A stretch of 51,767 nt of DNA, filler included, from Catajapyx aquilonaris (Eukaryota), in assembly GCA_000934665.2 (NCBI GenBank). It is 2 parts of 2 records of this genome, joined end to end, with 100 filler letters (N's around TTAATTAATTAA, not from the genome) between each part and the next. Parts side by side here need not be neighbours in the genome. Positions count along the whole stretch, not along the records: positions 25,892 to 51,767 come from KZ539325.1; 1 more part is not named here. One strand, given 5' to 3'. Under the pieces are notes generated by a model. The model ran no database searches. It was not told where the DNA came from and saw only the letters and a list, made by a program, of their open reading frames with translations. A program made the position numbers and the translations under genes. Positions 50,507-51,767 of this stretch are shown one piece after another (the stretch's first letter is position 1; every line of letters begins with the position of its first letter).

Positions 50507-51767
50507 GTAAGGGCTGATGTTGTGTAAAAAAATGTCGAATCCAGCGCCGGCGCGTACCGGTCGCGGGGCCCGGAGCCAAAGGCATACGCGGGGCCCCTCT
50601 AACCAGGAAAGGGGAGGGGGGGGGGGCACGGGGCAGATGCCCAGGGCGCGCAAAATTTATGGGCCCCGCCAAGGTTCTATTCGTATTTTTATCCACCTTT
50701 TCCTATATACGCGTTGGTTACACAATTCGCTCNTATGGGCCCCGCCAAGGTTCTATTCGTATTTTTATCCACCTTTTCCTATATACGCGTTGGTTACACA
50801 ATTCGCTCGAATTTGCACCTCTTTCTCGGAGAAGGGAGAGAGAAAAGTACTACCATATTAATTATTTTCATGATTGGCCTTGCGATATGACGCCTAGAAC
50901 TTTTTTTTGTATAGTAGGCTACGTGGTCAATCAAAAATAATTTTCTTTTAAAAATATCAATGGTTCCAGCATTTCCGCGTCGGCCTATGGCTTTACAATC
51001 GACTTATTCATGATCGTTTAATTGCAATTATGACAGAAGCAAAACCCAGTTTTCTCGTCTATTTGCGGTGGAAAAAGGAGGAAGGAGAAGGAGACTATAG
51101 TGAAGAAGAGTATATCATTAATGTAGTCTACTCTATCACTGTACCAGTAAAATGTAAATCAATGCTGGAATTGATGGGCTGCATGGCGTAATGGTATAAC
51201 CCATTTGTTCCCAATCCCAAGGTTGATATACTTATGATATTCTAATAATATTTTAAGTCATGCGTTAGAAGGCAGAAACTAAGATAGAAAAAATAGTTCA
51301 GCGTAAAATTTTAATTACAACAGAAGTTACAAGACGTCCTATATACAGTGTGTCCGTGAATTGACCAGTCAGACCTGTACCCGTGACTCAATTGACACCA
51401 GAGGATCATGTTATGTATCGAGGAGTCTTTATGTCTGGGCAGCCTCATTACTGAGATAATTGCCTTCAAAGTACAAGTACAAATTGGTACAAAGTATCCT
51501 GGGAGGTATGGAAACCTTCAGCACCGAAATCGCATCACCGGTCAAAATAGCAGCGATCCCATTTGGCGACTAGCATGTCGCATGGGACACACTGACACGC
51601 AATAGGGGTGCCGAAGGGTGCCCTGATGGCCGACCCCGGGTGACCACTGACCAGGCCCAATCGCTAAATCGCAAATGATCAATTACACAGCGCAACAAAA
51701 AAAAACTTTCGGCGTGTTATTCGGAAACCACTATGCACATCATGTTAGTAGGACCCAAAGTAGCTGG

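Noticed and set aside
50658..50808. Exact 75-bp tandem duplication
   Set aside because: The two copies are separated by a single N, typical of a contig-overlap assembly artefact.

Overview
Eukaryotic, very probably arthropod, genomic DNA from a gapped draft scaffold (N-runs at about 25792-25890 and 42586-42609), with short GT-AG introns and dense transposon content. I assembled gene models by hand from splice sites and reading phase. (1) A minus-strand multi-exon C2H2 zinc-finger gene with about 13 fingers and a helical C-terminal domain; confident exons run 23861 to 7354 and there is a candidate first exon at 35548-35467. (2) A complete 3-exon TMEM11/PMI mitochondrial gene (34996-32022, minus), which would then lie in the zinc-finger gene's first intron on the same strand. 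(3) The terminal exon of a VWC-domain gene (43344-43106, minus). (4) Three exons of a plus-strand LRR-like gene (46282-50506, continuing out of the window). Introns and spacers hold many TA-flanked Tc1/mariner/pogo-type MITEs, hAT and piggyBac-like elements, two long foldback palindromes, a LINE 3' end and four tRNA-derived SINE families. The most intriguing signal is a decayed plus-strand reading frame at about 3.56-5.3 kb whose motif order resembles a phlebovirus-type Gc class II fusion glycoprotein, a candidate endogenous viral element or retroelement env. Family assignments come from remembered consensus sequences, not database searches.
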